Shown here in pieces: positions 27,412 to 40,084 of a DNA stretch of 64,000 nt (position 1 is the stretch's first letter; the number at the start of each line of letters is the position of its first letter). This stretch comes from Octopus vulgaris (lineage: Eukaryota). The DNA is taken from the NCBI GenBank assembly GCA_951406725.2, contig OX597841.1, positions 2,294,001 to 2,358,000 of the forward strand, in the 5' to 3' direction. The position numbers and the translations under genes were made by a program. The notes under the pieces were generated by a model. That model was given only the letters and a program-made list of their open reading frames with translations, was not told where the DNA came from and ran no database searches.

Positions 27412-27454
27412 CCACCTGACGAATGTCATTGAAGACATGAAACGATTGTAGTGG
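27412..27454 (+). ncRNA. Minimal type I hammerhead ribozyme motif in ZF4 intron 1
   Basis: CCAC-CTGACGA-ATGTC(attgaa)GACAT-GAAAC(gatt)GTA-GTGG: canonical core, stems I and II, short stem III, GUA triplet. Confidence 0.6.
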
Positions 27455-27538
27455 CGGTTTATTTCTTTATATTAAAAATTTTATGTATTGATTAAGTCTT
27501 TCCTTGTTTGTTTTGCAAAATAGTGGTTTTGTCTCGAA

Positions 27539-27587
<49 letters not shown>

Positions 27588-28095
27588 AGGTCTTGCAGAT
27601 AAATGGAGACCAATTTTAAGCAGTTGACTTGATGTGTTTAACTAAATCTTGCTTGCTTGAAAATCTAATCCTCATTTTCCTCTGTTGAATCTGTATTTTC
27701 AAAGTAGCCTCTATATCTTAGACTCTTGTTTCTTTATTATTTCAGAATATCAGATGACATCAGCAAAACAGAAGATATGTTCTCAACATTTATCATCTTT
27801 TTAAGACTGAAGGAAAAATTTTATACAGACCAGATATATAAGACTGGTAGATACCCTGAGAAATATTTGTTCAAAAAAAGCTGAGATTATTAGCAAAATT
27901 TCTGATCATCACTGATGGGAATGTCTACATAAGTGTTGCTATATAGTAAGGTGACAGTGGGTAGAAATACGGGAGTGGAAGTATTTGTACAGATAAAAGA
28001 TAACAAAAGCAAGAAGAATATATATACATTGTGATTTGGGAAGAAAAATAATAGAAAAGAGTGAGACACTTAAAGAATTGGTTTCCCATGAAGCC

Positions 28096-29307
28096 ATGAT
28101 GAAAGATATGAGAAAGATGTCATATGACTGTGATGTCTGTAGAAAGTCGTTCGCTCAAAAATGTAACCTAACTACACACAAATACATTCATACAGGAGAG
28201 AAACCATATCAGTGTGATATCTGTGGTAAATCATTTTCTCAGTGTAGTACTTTGACATCACATAAACGTACGCATACGGGAGAGAAGCCATATCACTGTG
28301 ACATCTGTGGTAAATCATTCACTCAAAGTGGTAAATTGATTGCACACAAACGTTTTCATTCCGGAGAGAAGCCATACCATTGTGATATCTGTGGTAAATC
28401 ATTCTCGCAGAGTAATACTTTGACTTCCCACAAACGTACTCATACGGGAGAGAAGCCATATGACTGTGATATCTGTGGTAAATCATTCTCACAAAGTAAT
28501 ACCTTAACGTCGCACAAACGTACTCATACAGGAGAAAAACCATATCATTGTGATATCTGTGGTAAATCATTTGTTCAAAGTGGTAGATTAATTGCACACA
28601 AACGTACTCATACAGGAGAGAAGCCATATCATTGTGATATCTGTGGTAAATCATTCATTCAAAGTGGTAAATTAATTGCACACATACGTACTCATACAGG
28701 AGAAAAGCCATATCATTGTGATATCTGTGGTAAATCATTTTCTAACAGTAGTGAGGTATCTGCACACAAACGTCTTCATTCAGGAGAGAAACCATATCAC
28801 TGTGATATCTGTAGTAAACGATTCCCTCGAAAAAGTGCTTTATCTGCACATGTACGTATTCATACAGGAGAGAAGCCATATCATTGTGATATCTGTGGTA
28901 AATCATTCTCTCAAAATAGTGACTTAACTAAACACAGACGTCTTCATTCAGGAGAGAAGCCATATCACTGTGATGTCTGTGGTAAATCATTCTCTGACAG
29001 TAGTCATTTAACTGCACATGTACGTATTCATACAGGCGAAAGACCGTATCACTGTGATATCTGTGGTAAATCATTCTCTCAAAATAATGACTTAACTAAA
29101 CACAGACGTCTTCATTCAGGAGAAAGACCATATCACTGTGATATCTGTGGTAAATCATTCTCTCAAAGTTATAGCGTAACTTCACACAAACGTACTCATA
29201 CAGGAGAGAAGCCATATTATTGTAATGTCTGTGGTAAATCATTCACTAAATGTAGTAATTTAACTGTGCACAAATGTATTCAGAGAGAAGAGAAAGGAAA
29301 AGATTAA
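28096..29307 (+). CDS. ZF4: C2H2 zinc-finger protein, about 14 fingers; ancestral ATG is ATA (28051), first in-frame ATG at 28096
   Basis: Uninterrupted ORF; alignment of the leader with paralogs. Confidence 0.85.
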   Translation: MMKDMRKMSYDCDVCRKSFAQKCNLTTHKYIHTGEKPYQCDICGKSFSQCSTLTSHKRTHTGEKPYHCDICGKSFTQSGKLIAHKRFHSGEKPYHCDICGKSFSQSNTLTSHKRTHTGEKPYDCDICGKSFSQSNTLTSHKRTHTGEKPYHCDICGKSFVQSGRLIAHKRTHTGEKPYHCDICGKSFIQSGKLIAHIRTHTGEKPYHCDICGKSFSNSSEVSAHKRLHSGEKPYHCDICSKRFPRKSALSAHVRIHTGEKPYHCDICGKSFSQNSDLTKHRRLHSGEKPYHCDVCGKSFSDSSHLTAHVRIHTGERPYHCDICGKSFSQNNDLTKHRRLHSGERPYHCDICGKSFSQSYSVTSHKRTHTGEKPYYCNVCGKSFTKCSNLTVHKCIQREEKGKD

Positions 29308-29923
29308 TTTCTAATTGTTTCTTCTGTTAACTTCTTTTTCTTAATATTCCTGTTTTTCATGTAATGGAAATTACAATTCTGAAAATAAAGAATTTTCCAA
29401 AATTCCAGTTTTTTTTATCTTGTCTTTCATACCTTTTCACACAAGCCTCACTTCCATGCTCTTTTCATTTCCTATGATGTAGGGACCCCTATACTGAAAC
29501 TTCTCCTCCTTCAACCCTACACATTGTTCTTTGTTGAATACCACTTCCCCAATTTACTATATATATAATTGTTTTTTCTATTAGCCTTTTAAATGCTTCT
29601 CAAATATGTTAATGGTAGCATTAGTCATGGCTTTTTCAAACACACGGATGCAGATAAGTTGTCAAATATATACATAAACAATGACCTCCTGTACAAAATG
29701 GAAGAAACCACAATGGAAAAACTTGCTCCACTATGAAGATAACTTTGTTCCTATAGCGGAATCTTTACTAGAATTAGAGAATAAATGTCAGGTGTGGATG
29801 CCACATCTGGAAACAAGGGGCCTTAGAGTTAAGTTAGGAATTAACTCTAGCAATTACTAGTATGTAGGAAAACAGAAAAATCACTGATCTCTTCAAGGAG
29901 TATGAAAGGCATCAGATGTGGAT

Positions 29924-30278
29924 GGAAGCACTCCATCGGTTACGACGACGAGGGTTCCGGTTGATCCGATCAATGGAACAGCCTGCTCGTGAAATTAACG
30001 TGTAAGTGGCTAAGCACTCCACAGACACGTAGTTCTCGGGGATATTCAGCATGACACAGAGAGTGACAAGGCCGGCCCCTTGAAATACAGGTACAACAGA
30101 AATAGGAAGTAAGAGTGAGAGAAAGTTGTGGTGAAAGAGTACAGCAGGGATCACCACCATCCCCTGCCGGAGCCTCGTGCAGCTTTTAGGTGTTTTCGCT
30201 CAATAAACACTCACAACGCCCGGTCTGGGAATCGAAACCGCGAGTCCGCTGCCCTAAGCACTGGGCCATTGCGCCTCC
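29924..30278 (-). mobile_element. SINE family B with TSD GGCATCAGATGT
   Basis: Homology to 26554 copy; flanking direct repeat. Confidence 0.85.
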
Positions 30279-30547
30279 TGGCATCAGATGTAGTGTACAA
30301 GTGAAGACTGTGCTGGCATGGTCATGCAATGCATATGGATGAGGAAAGCTGCATAAAAAAAGGGATTATCTTGCATTGTGAAAGGAAGCTGTGGACGAGG
30401 TTGATACAGGAAGATGTGAGACAACGTGGTGAGAAATGATCTCTTCTGATGTTGAGACTTACAGAGGACATGATAAGGAGCTAAGACGTTCTGTGATTTG
30501 ATATGAAACTTTCTTGAAATCAATATTTTTATATTTGGGAGGAGTCA

Positions 30548-31046
30548 TCTATATATATAAAACTGTAGTTGTGTGAGTGTCTGTCCCCTTCGATTTAGAT
30601 TCCTAACTACTCCCACATTTTGCGGTGCAGTTTAACCAAACCGGGTATCTTATAGTCGTGATTCATATCGAGCCCTTCTGGCTATTAGCATGAGTCTACG
30701 ATTTAAAAAATAATTTAATATCATTTTTTATTCCATTTTAATGCATAATTTTTTGTGTCGATGGCGGCGGAGTTGGCGTCCATGGTCACACCTGCACCTG
30801 TTTGCTTCTCCCCCTTCTTCCCTCCCTCGTGAAGCTGTGGGGAAGGGAGTGTAAGGAAATCAACGTCGTAAAGCGTTGTCAAGGAGACCAGCGTTCTTTT
30901 AGAACAACGACTTCATGGCTTGAAGACACCAAAACAGAAATGGCTAAGAAAGCCCGAATTGGCATCTATAAGGGAAGTAACTCTCTAAAAATGCTTATAT
31001 AGTTATTTCCCTTACAAGCCCGAGCAACGCCGGGCGATACTGCTAG
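30548..31046 (+). mobile_element. Non-autonomous Helitron-like element (family E)
   Basis: TC...hairpin...CTAG; paralogous empty site GAGGAGTCA|TGATGAATAAAGCC at about 21743 shows A|T insertion without TSD. Confidence 0.85.
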
Positions 31047-31133
31047 TAATTAATAAAGCCTAATAATCACATCCACTAATTGTTGTTTATCTATGTTACT
31101 CTTTAAACTTTTGTTCAGAAAGTAATTGTTTGT

Positions 31134-31430
31134 GGAGATGCAATGGCCTAGTGGTTAGGGCAGCGGACTTGTGGTCAGAAGATCGCGGTTTCGATTCCCA
31201 GACCGGGCGTTTTGTGTGTTTATTGAGCGAAAACACCTAAAAGCTCCATGAGTCTCTGGCAGGGGGTGGTGGCAACTCCTGTTGTACTCTTTCGCCACAA
31301 CTTTCTCTCACTCTCTCTTCCTGTTTCTAGAGTAACGCTGCGATGGACTGGCATCCCGTCCAGCTGGTGGGGAACACATACGCCAGAGAAACCAGGCCTA
31401 TGAGCCTGGCTAGGCTTGAAAAGGGCGAAG
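31134..31430 (+). mobile_element. SINE family B variant with a different 3' tail
   Basis: Shares the tRNA-like head with the 26554 copy and diverges after about 190 nt. Confidence 0.7.
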
Positions 31431-31477
31431 AAAAGAAATACTATATCAAACTAAGCTCACATCATCATCATCTTTAA

Positions 31478-31877
31478 CAGGAGTGGCTGTGTGGTAAGTA
31501 GCTTGCTAACCAACCACATGGTTCCGGGTTCAATCCCACTGCGTGGCATCTTGGGTAAGTGTCTTCTGCTATAGCCCCGGGCCAACCAATGCCTTGTGAG
31601 TGGATTTGGTAGACGGAAACTGAAAGAAGCCTGTCGTATATATGTGTATATATGTATGCATGTGTGTGTGTTTGTCCCCCTAGCATTGCTTGACAACCGA
31701 TGCTGGTGTGTTTACGTCCCCGTCCCTTAGCGGTTCGGCAAAAAGAGACCAATAGAATAAGTACTGGGCTTACAAAAAGAATAAGTCCCGGGGTCGAGTT
31801 GCTCGACTAAAGGTGGTGCTCCAGCATGGCCGCAGTCAAATGACTGAAACAAGTAAAAGAGTAAAAAAAGAGAGAGT
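31478..31877 (+). mobile_element. SINE family A
   Basis: Homology to the 10092 copy. Confidence 0.85.
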
Positions 31878-32136
31878 ATGTCTCACAGCTCAAACCTTAT
31901 ACTAAATATTTTATCCAATCATTTCTCTCCAGAATGGCAACCTCTACACGGAATCACTTTTTCATCAGACATTAATTTACAGAAGTTGAAAAAAAGACAT
32001 CCTCTACATTCACATTAACAGTTTGGGAAAGCCAGCAGATGTTCTTTGAAAACCATTTTTTCTCTTGCTTGCACTATATAATAATACTAACAAGTATTTC
32101 TAACAAAGGCACAACGCAAGAAATTTTATTGGAGGA

Positions 32137-32519
32137 CTAGCAGTATCGCCCGGCGTTGCTCAGGTTTGTAAGGGAAATAACTATAAAGCATTTTTAGAGA
32201 GTTATAGCCAAAAAATAGCAAAAAAATGGAAAAAAATGATGGTAAATTTTTTTTTTAGTTAAAAAAGGTGGAGCTGCGTCCCCTAGACAGTTTGCGGTTT
32301 GTGTTTCTGATTCTCGACCCCATGTCGAATATATCGATATTTTTCAGAACTGGGGGAACTTTTCAAAATTTTCGCTGCGTTAGTTTTGAATTATGACATT
32401 GGGCTATGTGTGTGTCAAGTTTCATCAGAATCGGTTGAAAGCCGTGGTCAGGGTGAGGGTACAACCAAACAGACACACAGAAACACGCACAGACAAACTG
32501 CCGTTTATATAGAGAGAGA
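32137..32519 (-). mobile_element. Helitron-like element with the family E 3' end but a different body
   Basis: CTAGCAGTATCGCCCGGCGTTGCTC end, then divergent internal sequence. Confidence 0.7.
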
Positions 32520-33493
32520 TACAATTACACAACTATATTGACCAAAACAATAATATGCCTAAATCGGTCTAGAGGGTGCGCGTGGAGTGTGGGTCATATT
32601 GTAAAAATTTGCGAAATATTTTTTCATAAAAGGATGCCCCAGCTTGTCGGAGGCTGTGATATAAATTGGGGAAAAAATCCTCGACACCAGTGCGTAACTG
32701 GTACTTAATTTATCGCCCCCGAAATGATGAAACATTGACCCCCCCCACCCCATTTCTGGTTTATTTACCTTTTGTGTAAATTTGTTGCGGCAAGGGGCAA
32801 AACACAGAGGGGACAAAGCATGAGATACAAAAGTATTAAGTCGATTCTATCGACACCAGTGCGAACTCACGAACGTGTATGTATGCTTGTGTGCGTATGT
32901 GTGTGTATGTATATCTCCGTTTGTATGTGTGTGTATGCTTATATATTAATTACTATGTGCATGTGCAAATGTATATGCATGTGTTAGAGAGAGAGTGACA
33001 GAGAGTGTGTGTGTGTGTGTGTGTGTGTGCAAGTGTATGTGTGTATGTATCTGAATATATGTGTGTATGTGTGTGTATGCGGCGTGCGTTTGTTTATCAA
33101 TATCGATAACGCAGCAAATGATTTGAGCTCAAATGCTGGCACTTCATTGGTTAAAATTCGAAGAATTAAACTACGTTAAACTTACAAATTACAATTTTCT
33201 CAAAAAAAAAAAAACAAGTGAATATAATGTTTTCTTTTGACACATTCTACCAGTATACGAAGTTTCAAGTTGTTTAGTTAACTATAAATTCCGCCCATCA
33301 AAAGGAAAAGATCCTTTTATTTTATTACCTTCAGAAACATAGAAATGTGAAGTGTGTTGATGCTGCACACCCTTAATTTCTGATAAGTAATCTGTTTTAA
33401 TTAATCTTCAGAGCCACTTTAGTATACAGTATAGCATGGTATCTAACACTAATTCTAAACCATAGCACTAACCCATAACGAGGCATGTCTAGG

Positions 33494-33877
33494 GAAGCAC
33501 TCCGTCGGTTACGACGATGAGGGTTCCGGTTGATCCGAATCAAAGGAACAGCCTGCTCGTGAAATTAACGTGTAAGTGGCTGAGCACTCCACAGACACGT
33601 GCACCCTTAACGTAGTTCTCGGGGATATTCAGCGTGACACAGAGAGTGACAAGGCCGGCCCCTTGAAATACAGGTACAACAGAAACAGGAAGTAAGAGCG
33701 AGAGAAAGTTGTGGTGAAAGAGTACAGCAGGGATCACCACCATCCCCTGCCGGAGCCTCGTGGAGCTCTTAGGTGTTTTCGCTCAATAAACACTCACAAC
33801 GCCCGGTCTGGGAATCGAAACCGCGATCCTATGACCGCGAGTCCGCTGCCCTAACCACTGGGCCATTGCGCCTCCAC
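33494..33877 (-). mobile_element. SINE family B with TSD TAACGAGGC(A/G)TGT
   Basis: Homology; flanking direct repeat. Confidence 0.85.
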
Positions 33878-34090
33878 TAACGAGGCGTGTACACGATGTA
33901 AATAAAAGGATAAACAAAGCAAACGGATAAAGATTAAATCAATTTTAATGCAGGATATTACACTAAGAAATGCACTGTAAGATTTCATGGCAGTACACAC
34001 GAGTTCAAGTAAAGGACAAAGGAGATAATAATCGGGTAGGTGTGCAACACATACCAAAGCAGGATACATTAAAAGATACAAGCAGAGATT

Positions 34091-34437
34091 ACTCTTACTC
34101 TCTTACTTGTTTCAGTCATTTGACTGCGGCCATGCTGGAGCACCGCCTTTAGTCGAGCAAATCAACCACAGGACTTATTCTTCTGTAAGCCCAGTACTTA
34201 TTCTATCGGTCACTTTTGCCGAACCGTTAAGTTACGGGGACATAAACACACCAGCATCGGTTGTCAAGCAATGCTAGGGGGACAAACACACACACGCATA
34301 TATATATATACATATAAACGACGGGCTTCTTTCAGTTTCCGTCTACCAAATCCACTCACAAGGCTTTGGTCGGCCCGGGGCTATAGTAGAAGACACTTGC
34401 CCAAGGTGCCACGCAGTGGGACTGAACCCGGAACCAT
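34091..34437 (-). mobile_element. SINE family A, 5'-truncated
   Basis: Homology to the 10092 copy. Confidence 0.8.
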
Positions 34438-34506
34438 ATCAATTTTAATGCAAGATGTTGAAATACACTAAGATTTCATGGCAGTACACACAGAGTTCAG
34501 GCTGTG

Positions 34507-34828
34507 GTATTCTTTCGATATGACTCGACAAAATCAAAACACTTCAATTCGGCTGTTTCCGTGAAAGCACGCGTCTGTGTTACGTCAGTTAACGAAATGG
34601 GAAGGAAGAGAAGAAAGCTAATGGGTTGTACGTGTGGCGTGCTTGTTCTTGCCTCTGTGTGTGCCTGTTCTGCTTTTATGTCTTGCGGAATATAGACATA
34701 ACGACAAGTACAAGCTCTTCTCCTCCTCCCATTTTTCAACTGACAGTTGGCAAGACACAGACACACGCTTTCACGGAAACAGCCGAACTGAAGTGTTCTA
34801 ATTCTTTCGAGTCATACCGAAAGAATAC
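34507..34828. repeat. ~75-bp inverted repeat enclosing about 175 bp (MITE or foldback-like)
   Basis: GTATTCTTTCGATATGACTCGA..TTCGGCTGTTTCCGTGAAAGC versus GCTTTCACGGAAACAGCCGAA..TCGAGTCATACCGAAAGAATAC. Confidence 0.75.
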
Positions 34829-35134
34829 TAGCTACTTAATTATTTAGTCAAATTAGGAAAATTTTCGACATATTTGTTAACCATTCACATTGTCATATTC
34901 CTCCTCAAAATATTCATCCAAATTTCATAACTGTGGTAGCAAAATGTTTCTTTTGGATGCTCCTCTCAAATAAGAAGTAAAGTAGGAATTACATTTGGAT
35001 ATTTCCCAAAATCCATATCGATCCCCAATTTACCATTTAATCAGATGCAATAAATACAGAGAAATACTTTCAATCACAAGACGTAAAGGGAGATAACAAG
35101 TCTTATCCTCTCAAAGTATTATATATGAAAGAAT

Positions 35135-35286
35135 ACGCATGCGCAATACTCGTACCTCCGTTTCTTGGTATCGGATGAGAAATGTCCTTCGCCTGAATTT
35201 CTCTTCTTCATCTTTTAATTCATTTCTCAACCAACATAAACACCGTTTATAGTAACGCTGTCCATATCAAGCATTCACGTAAGTAT
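35135..35286 (+). promoter_or_regulatory. ZF5 predicted promoter (ACGCATGCGCA), exon 1 and donor at 35279
   Basis: Near-identical to the ZF4 and ZF6 promoter and exon 1. Confidence 0.65.
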
Positions 35287-35376
35287 TCAACAACGAAAAT
35301 ATTTAATCTTTTATCTTAAATATATGAGACGTTCGGTTTTTGACATGTTTGATTCTTTGTGTCTCTTCTGTCTTTT

Positions 35377-36122
35377 ATGGAAGAGAGATATTGAATTGTG
35401 CAAGATTTGGCTGCTATTTCTAGCTATGGAAGAGAGATGTCCAGGATTTATGCAAGATTTGGCTGCTATTTCTAGCTATGGAAGAGAAGTCGATGATTTA
35501 TGCAAGATTTGGCTGCTATTTCTAGCTATGGAAGACATGTCCAAGATTTATGCAAGATTTGGCTGCTATTTCTAGCTATGGAAGAGAGATGTCCATCATT
35601 TTTGCAAGATTTGGCTGCTATTTCTAGCTATGGAAGAGAGATGTCCATGATTTAAGCAAGATTTGGCTGCTATTTCTAGCTATGGAAGAGATATCCAGGA
35701 TTTATGAAGATTTGTGCAAGATTTGGTTGCAAGATTTGGCTGCTATTTCTAGCTATGGAAGAGAGATGTCCATGATTTGTGCGAGATTTGGCTGCTATTT
35801 CTAGCTATGGAAGAGAGATGTCCATGATTTATGCAAGATTTGGCTGCTATTTCTAGCTATGGAAGAGAGATGTCCATGATTTGGACGAGATTTGGCTGCT
35901 ATTTCTAGCTATGGAAGAGAGATCTCCATGATTTATGCAAGATTTGGCTGCTATTTCTAGCTATGGAAGAGAGATGTCCATGATTTGTACTGCAAGATTT
36001 GGCTGCTATTTCTAGCTATGGAAGAGAAGTCTCCATGATTTGTACGAGATTTGGCTGCTATTTCTAGCTATGGAAGAGAGATGTCCATGATTTGTACTAG
36101 ATTTGGCTGCTATTTCTAGCTA
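35377..36122 (+). repeat. 52-bp tandem array (about 14 units) in ZF5 intron 1
   Basis: Unit CTATGGAAGAGAGATGTCCATGATTTATGCAAGATTTGGCTGCTATTTCTAG. Confidence 0.95.
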
Positions 36123-36461
36123 TTTGTAAAAGCACTTATCCATGCTTGCTTGGCTCAGAATTCATAGAGGTAGAATTTTTATGGGCAGATGCCCTTCTTG
36201 TCACTAGTCCTCAAGCAAGGTAATATTTCACCATATCCTGACGTGTTTCCATGGAAGACTGGGATCACATGACATGTTGATGCTTATTTATATCTATCGC
36301 AGGATGTCAGACCAAGAACACACACACACATATGCAACATGAGTCTTCTTTCAGTTTACCGAATACACTCAGACGGCTTTGATTTCACTGATGCTATTGT
36401 ATGAGACACTGGCTGAAGGTACTGCACTGTGGGACTGAACCTGAAATCACTTTGCTCATGG

Positions 36462-36693
36462 GGTAAAATTACAGATTAACACCCGCATGATTTTCACTAA
36501 GAAAAAAAACAAAAAAAAATTCGGATTTTTTGCGTGGAATCAAGTACTCTGACCTCCTAATATGCTGCAAATCCTATATTTTGGTTCGGAATTGGTCCGG
36601 AATTTTCACACAAAAAAGAACTGATTTTTTGCGTGGAATCTTTTTTTTTTTTTATTAGTGAAAATCGTGTGGGTATTAATCTGTAATTTTACC
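36462..36693. mobile_element. MITE-like element with GGTAAAATTACAGATTAA TIRs
   Basis: ~40-bp imperfect TIRs. Confidence 0.65.
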
Positions 36694-37444
36694 AATTGTG
36701 ATCATAGCTCTCTGTGGCCTTAGATATTGAAAATCTAATCCTAGATATACAATGCTATTGAAAAAAACAGGATGTTCATGGATAGAATGTCTTTAACCAT
36801 ATGTATACTGGGCCACAACTGCTCTGCAGCTAAACAACGTCAGATTATATTTGTTAAGGGAGAAGATGGTTATTATTTGCTATTCTGCAGTTTAATCTAA
36901 ATAATATTACACAATGTGAAGGTGTAGCTGTTGTTTACAAATATGTAAGCTACACACAAGATTCTGTGATGTAAATTTTAATACATTAAAAAGTTCAGTT
37001 GTTCGGGTAAATGCTTATTTCTAAAGTTTATCTTTGTAGAAATGTTGTAAATTTTCCACTGTTGAATCTGTATTTTGAAAGCAGCTTCTTTATCTTACAC
37101 TGTTGTTTCTTTATTATTTCAGATGACATTGGTATAACAGAATATTCTCAATATTTATCATGTTGTGAAACTGAAAGAAAATTATGTACAAAGCAGATAA
37201 ATAACAGTGTTTCAATAAATCTGTTGCCGATTTCTGTGAAGTATTTGTTCTAATATCATTAACAAAAGTTCTGCACATCTGACTGGAGTGTTGAAGAGAT
37301 GAGTTTGTGTGCTGAGCAGACTTGGATAGATTTACTAGAGAAGGAAAACAGTGGAAAGTCCAACAGAAGTGGAAATATTTCTAAAATTAAACAAGGAAAT
37401 ATTTATATTTAATATATTTATATTGTGATTTGAGGAAAATAATA

Positions 37445-38330
<886 letters not shown>

Positions 38331-38343
38331 TAATTGTGGTTAA

Positions 38344-38549
<206 letters not shown>

Positions 38550-39761
38550 TGAAAGCAGTAATTTAACAAGACATGTACGTCTTCATAGAGAAGAGAAAAG
38601 AAAAGACTAATTTCTAATTGTTTCTTCTGTTTTTTTTCTTAATATTCCTGTTTTTCATGTAATGGTAATGGTAATTACAATTCTGAAAATAAAGAATTTC
38701 CAAAAATTCCAGTTTTTTTATTTTATCATTCATACCTTTGCACACAAGCCCCACTTCCATGCTCTTTTCATTTCCCATGATGTAGGGACCTCTATAGTGT
38801 GTGATTGTCGCATAGACCAGGACAGAGAAAGTTGTCATGGTGATACCTGCTCAGAGGCTTACATAAGGTTAACAGAAAGTATATGGAGTGGAGTGTATGA
38901 GCTTCACACAAGTGTACGAGAGGTTCAGACGTTTCCAAGATTGCCAAAAAAAATGTTGATATTGAGAAATGTAGTAGAAGACCTGCAATCAGCATGTGAG
39001 GGGAAATTGACAAATCCGTGAGTAATTAGAGAATGTGCCTTGTCAGGTACGTCTTCAGATACCTGATCAAAAATGCACCGGGCTGGTGACATTAGGAGAA
39101 AATCAGACATTGAGACAGATCCAGGTGGTTTCTATGAACGTTTTTAGGCCCAGGATGAGCCAGAAGCAAAGAGACAATCCATGCAATGGAAAAATCCTTC
39201 ACACGTGCTCAGAAGAAGGCCAAGGTTGTTTTCATTGCAGGGAAGGTGATGGCCTCAGTTTTTTGGTGGAGGAAGTACTGATGAATAACACACAAGGCAA
39301 CTTAAAGTTCCTTTAAGATAATCTACTGCGGGAGTTCCAGCCAAACTAAGGGTGACATGGTGTTGACACTGTGAGAGTGATAAAATAAGAAAGACTGGAA
39401 ATATAGCAGCAACAGGAAAATATAGTAATCAAGTCAGTTTAATTAGTCTTACTAATCACTGGCTCCCTCATAATTTCATTAAATGTTATTCACTCTAAAT
39501 GTACAGTCACTGAATGTCTACAAGGATTCTATGGTGTGCTGCTTTACGTGACAGTAATTAATTCAGTTTAATTAACCTTGTAGTCACTTTTGTAAAGTGC
39601 TAATTTATTTTCAAATTCTGTTTTGGACCTAACTACAGTTTAGTGCTCCACCCATGACTTTGTTTCCTCATAACTCTCTTTGAAACTGACCACATTTTTA
39701 AATAACATTTTGCAGAAATGTTTTCAGTGGTGTAGAATACATAACGTTTATATTTCAAAAA

Positions 39762-40027
39762 TCTTTATATATAAAAGTAAGGTTGTGTGTCTGTCTCCTA
39801 CGATTTAGATTCCTAACTACTCCCACATTTTGCGGTGCAGTTTAACCAAAACCGTGTATCTTATAGTCGTGATTCATATTGAGCCCTTCTGGGATATTAG
39901 CGCGCGTCTACGATGAGTCTACGATTTAAAAAAAAATTTACCATAATTTTTTTCCATTTTAGTGCATTTTTTTGGCTATAACTCTCTAAAAATGCTTATA
40001 TAGTTATTTCCCTTACAAACCCGAGCA
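39762..40027 (+). mobile_element. Internally deleted, 3'-truncated Helitron-like element (family E)
   Basis: Homology to the 30548 copy. Confidence 0.7.
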
Positions 40028-40084
40028 AACTGTGAAAACCTGAAGTTATGGAAATTGAAGATAACGAAACTGAGCAACAGATTC

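Noticed and set aside
38790-39320. Short ORFs downstream of ZF5
   Set aside because: No recognisable domain; probably a decayed TE fragment that I cannot classify
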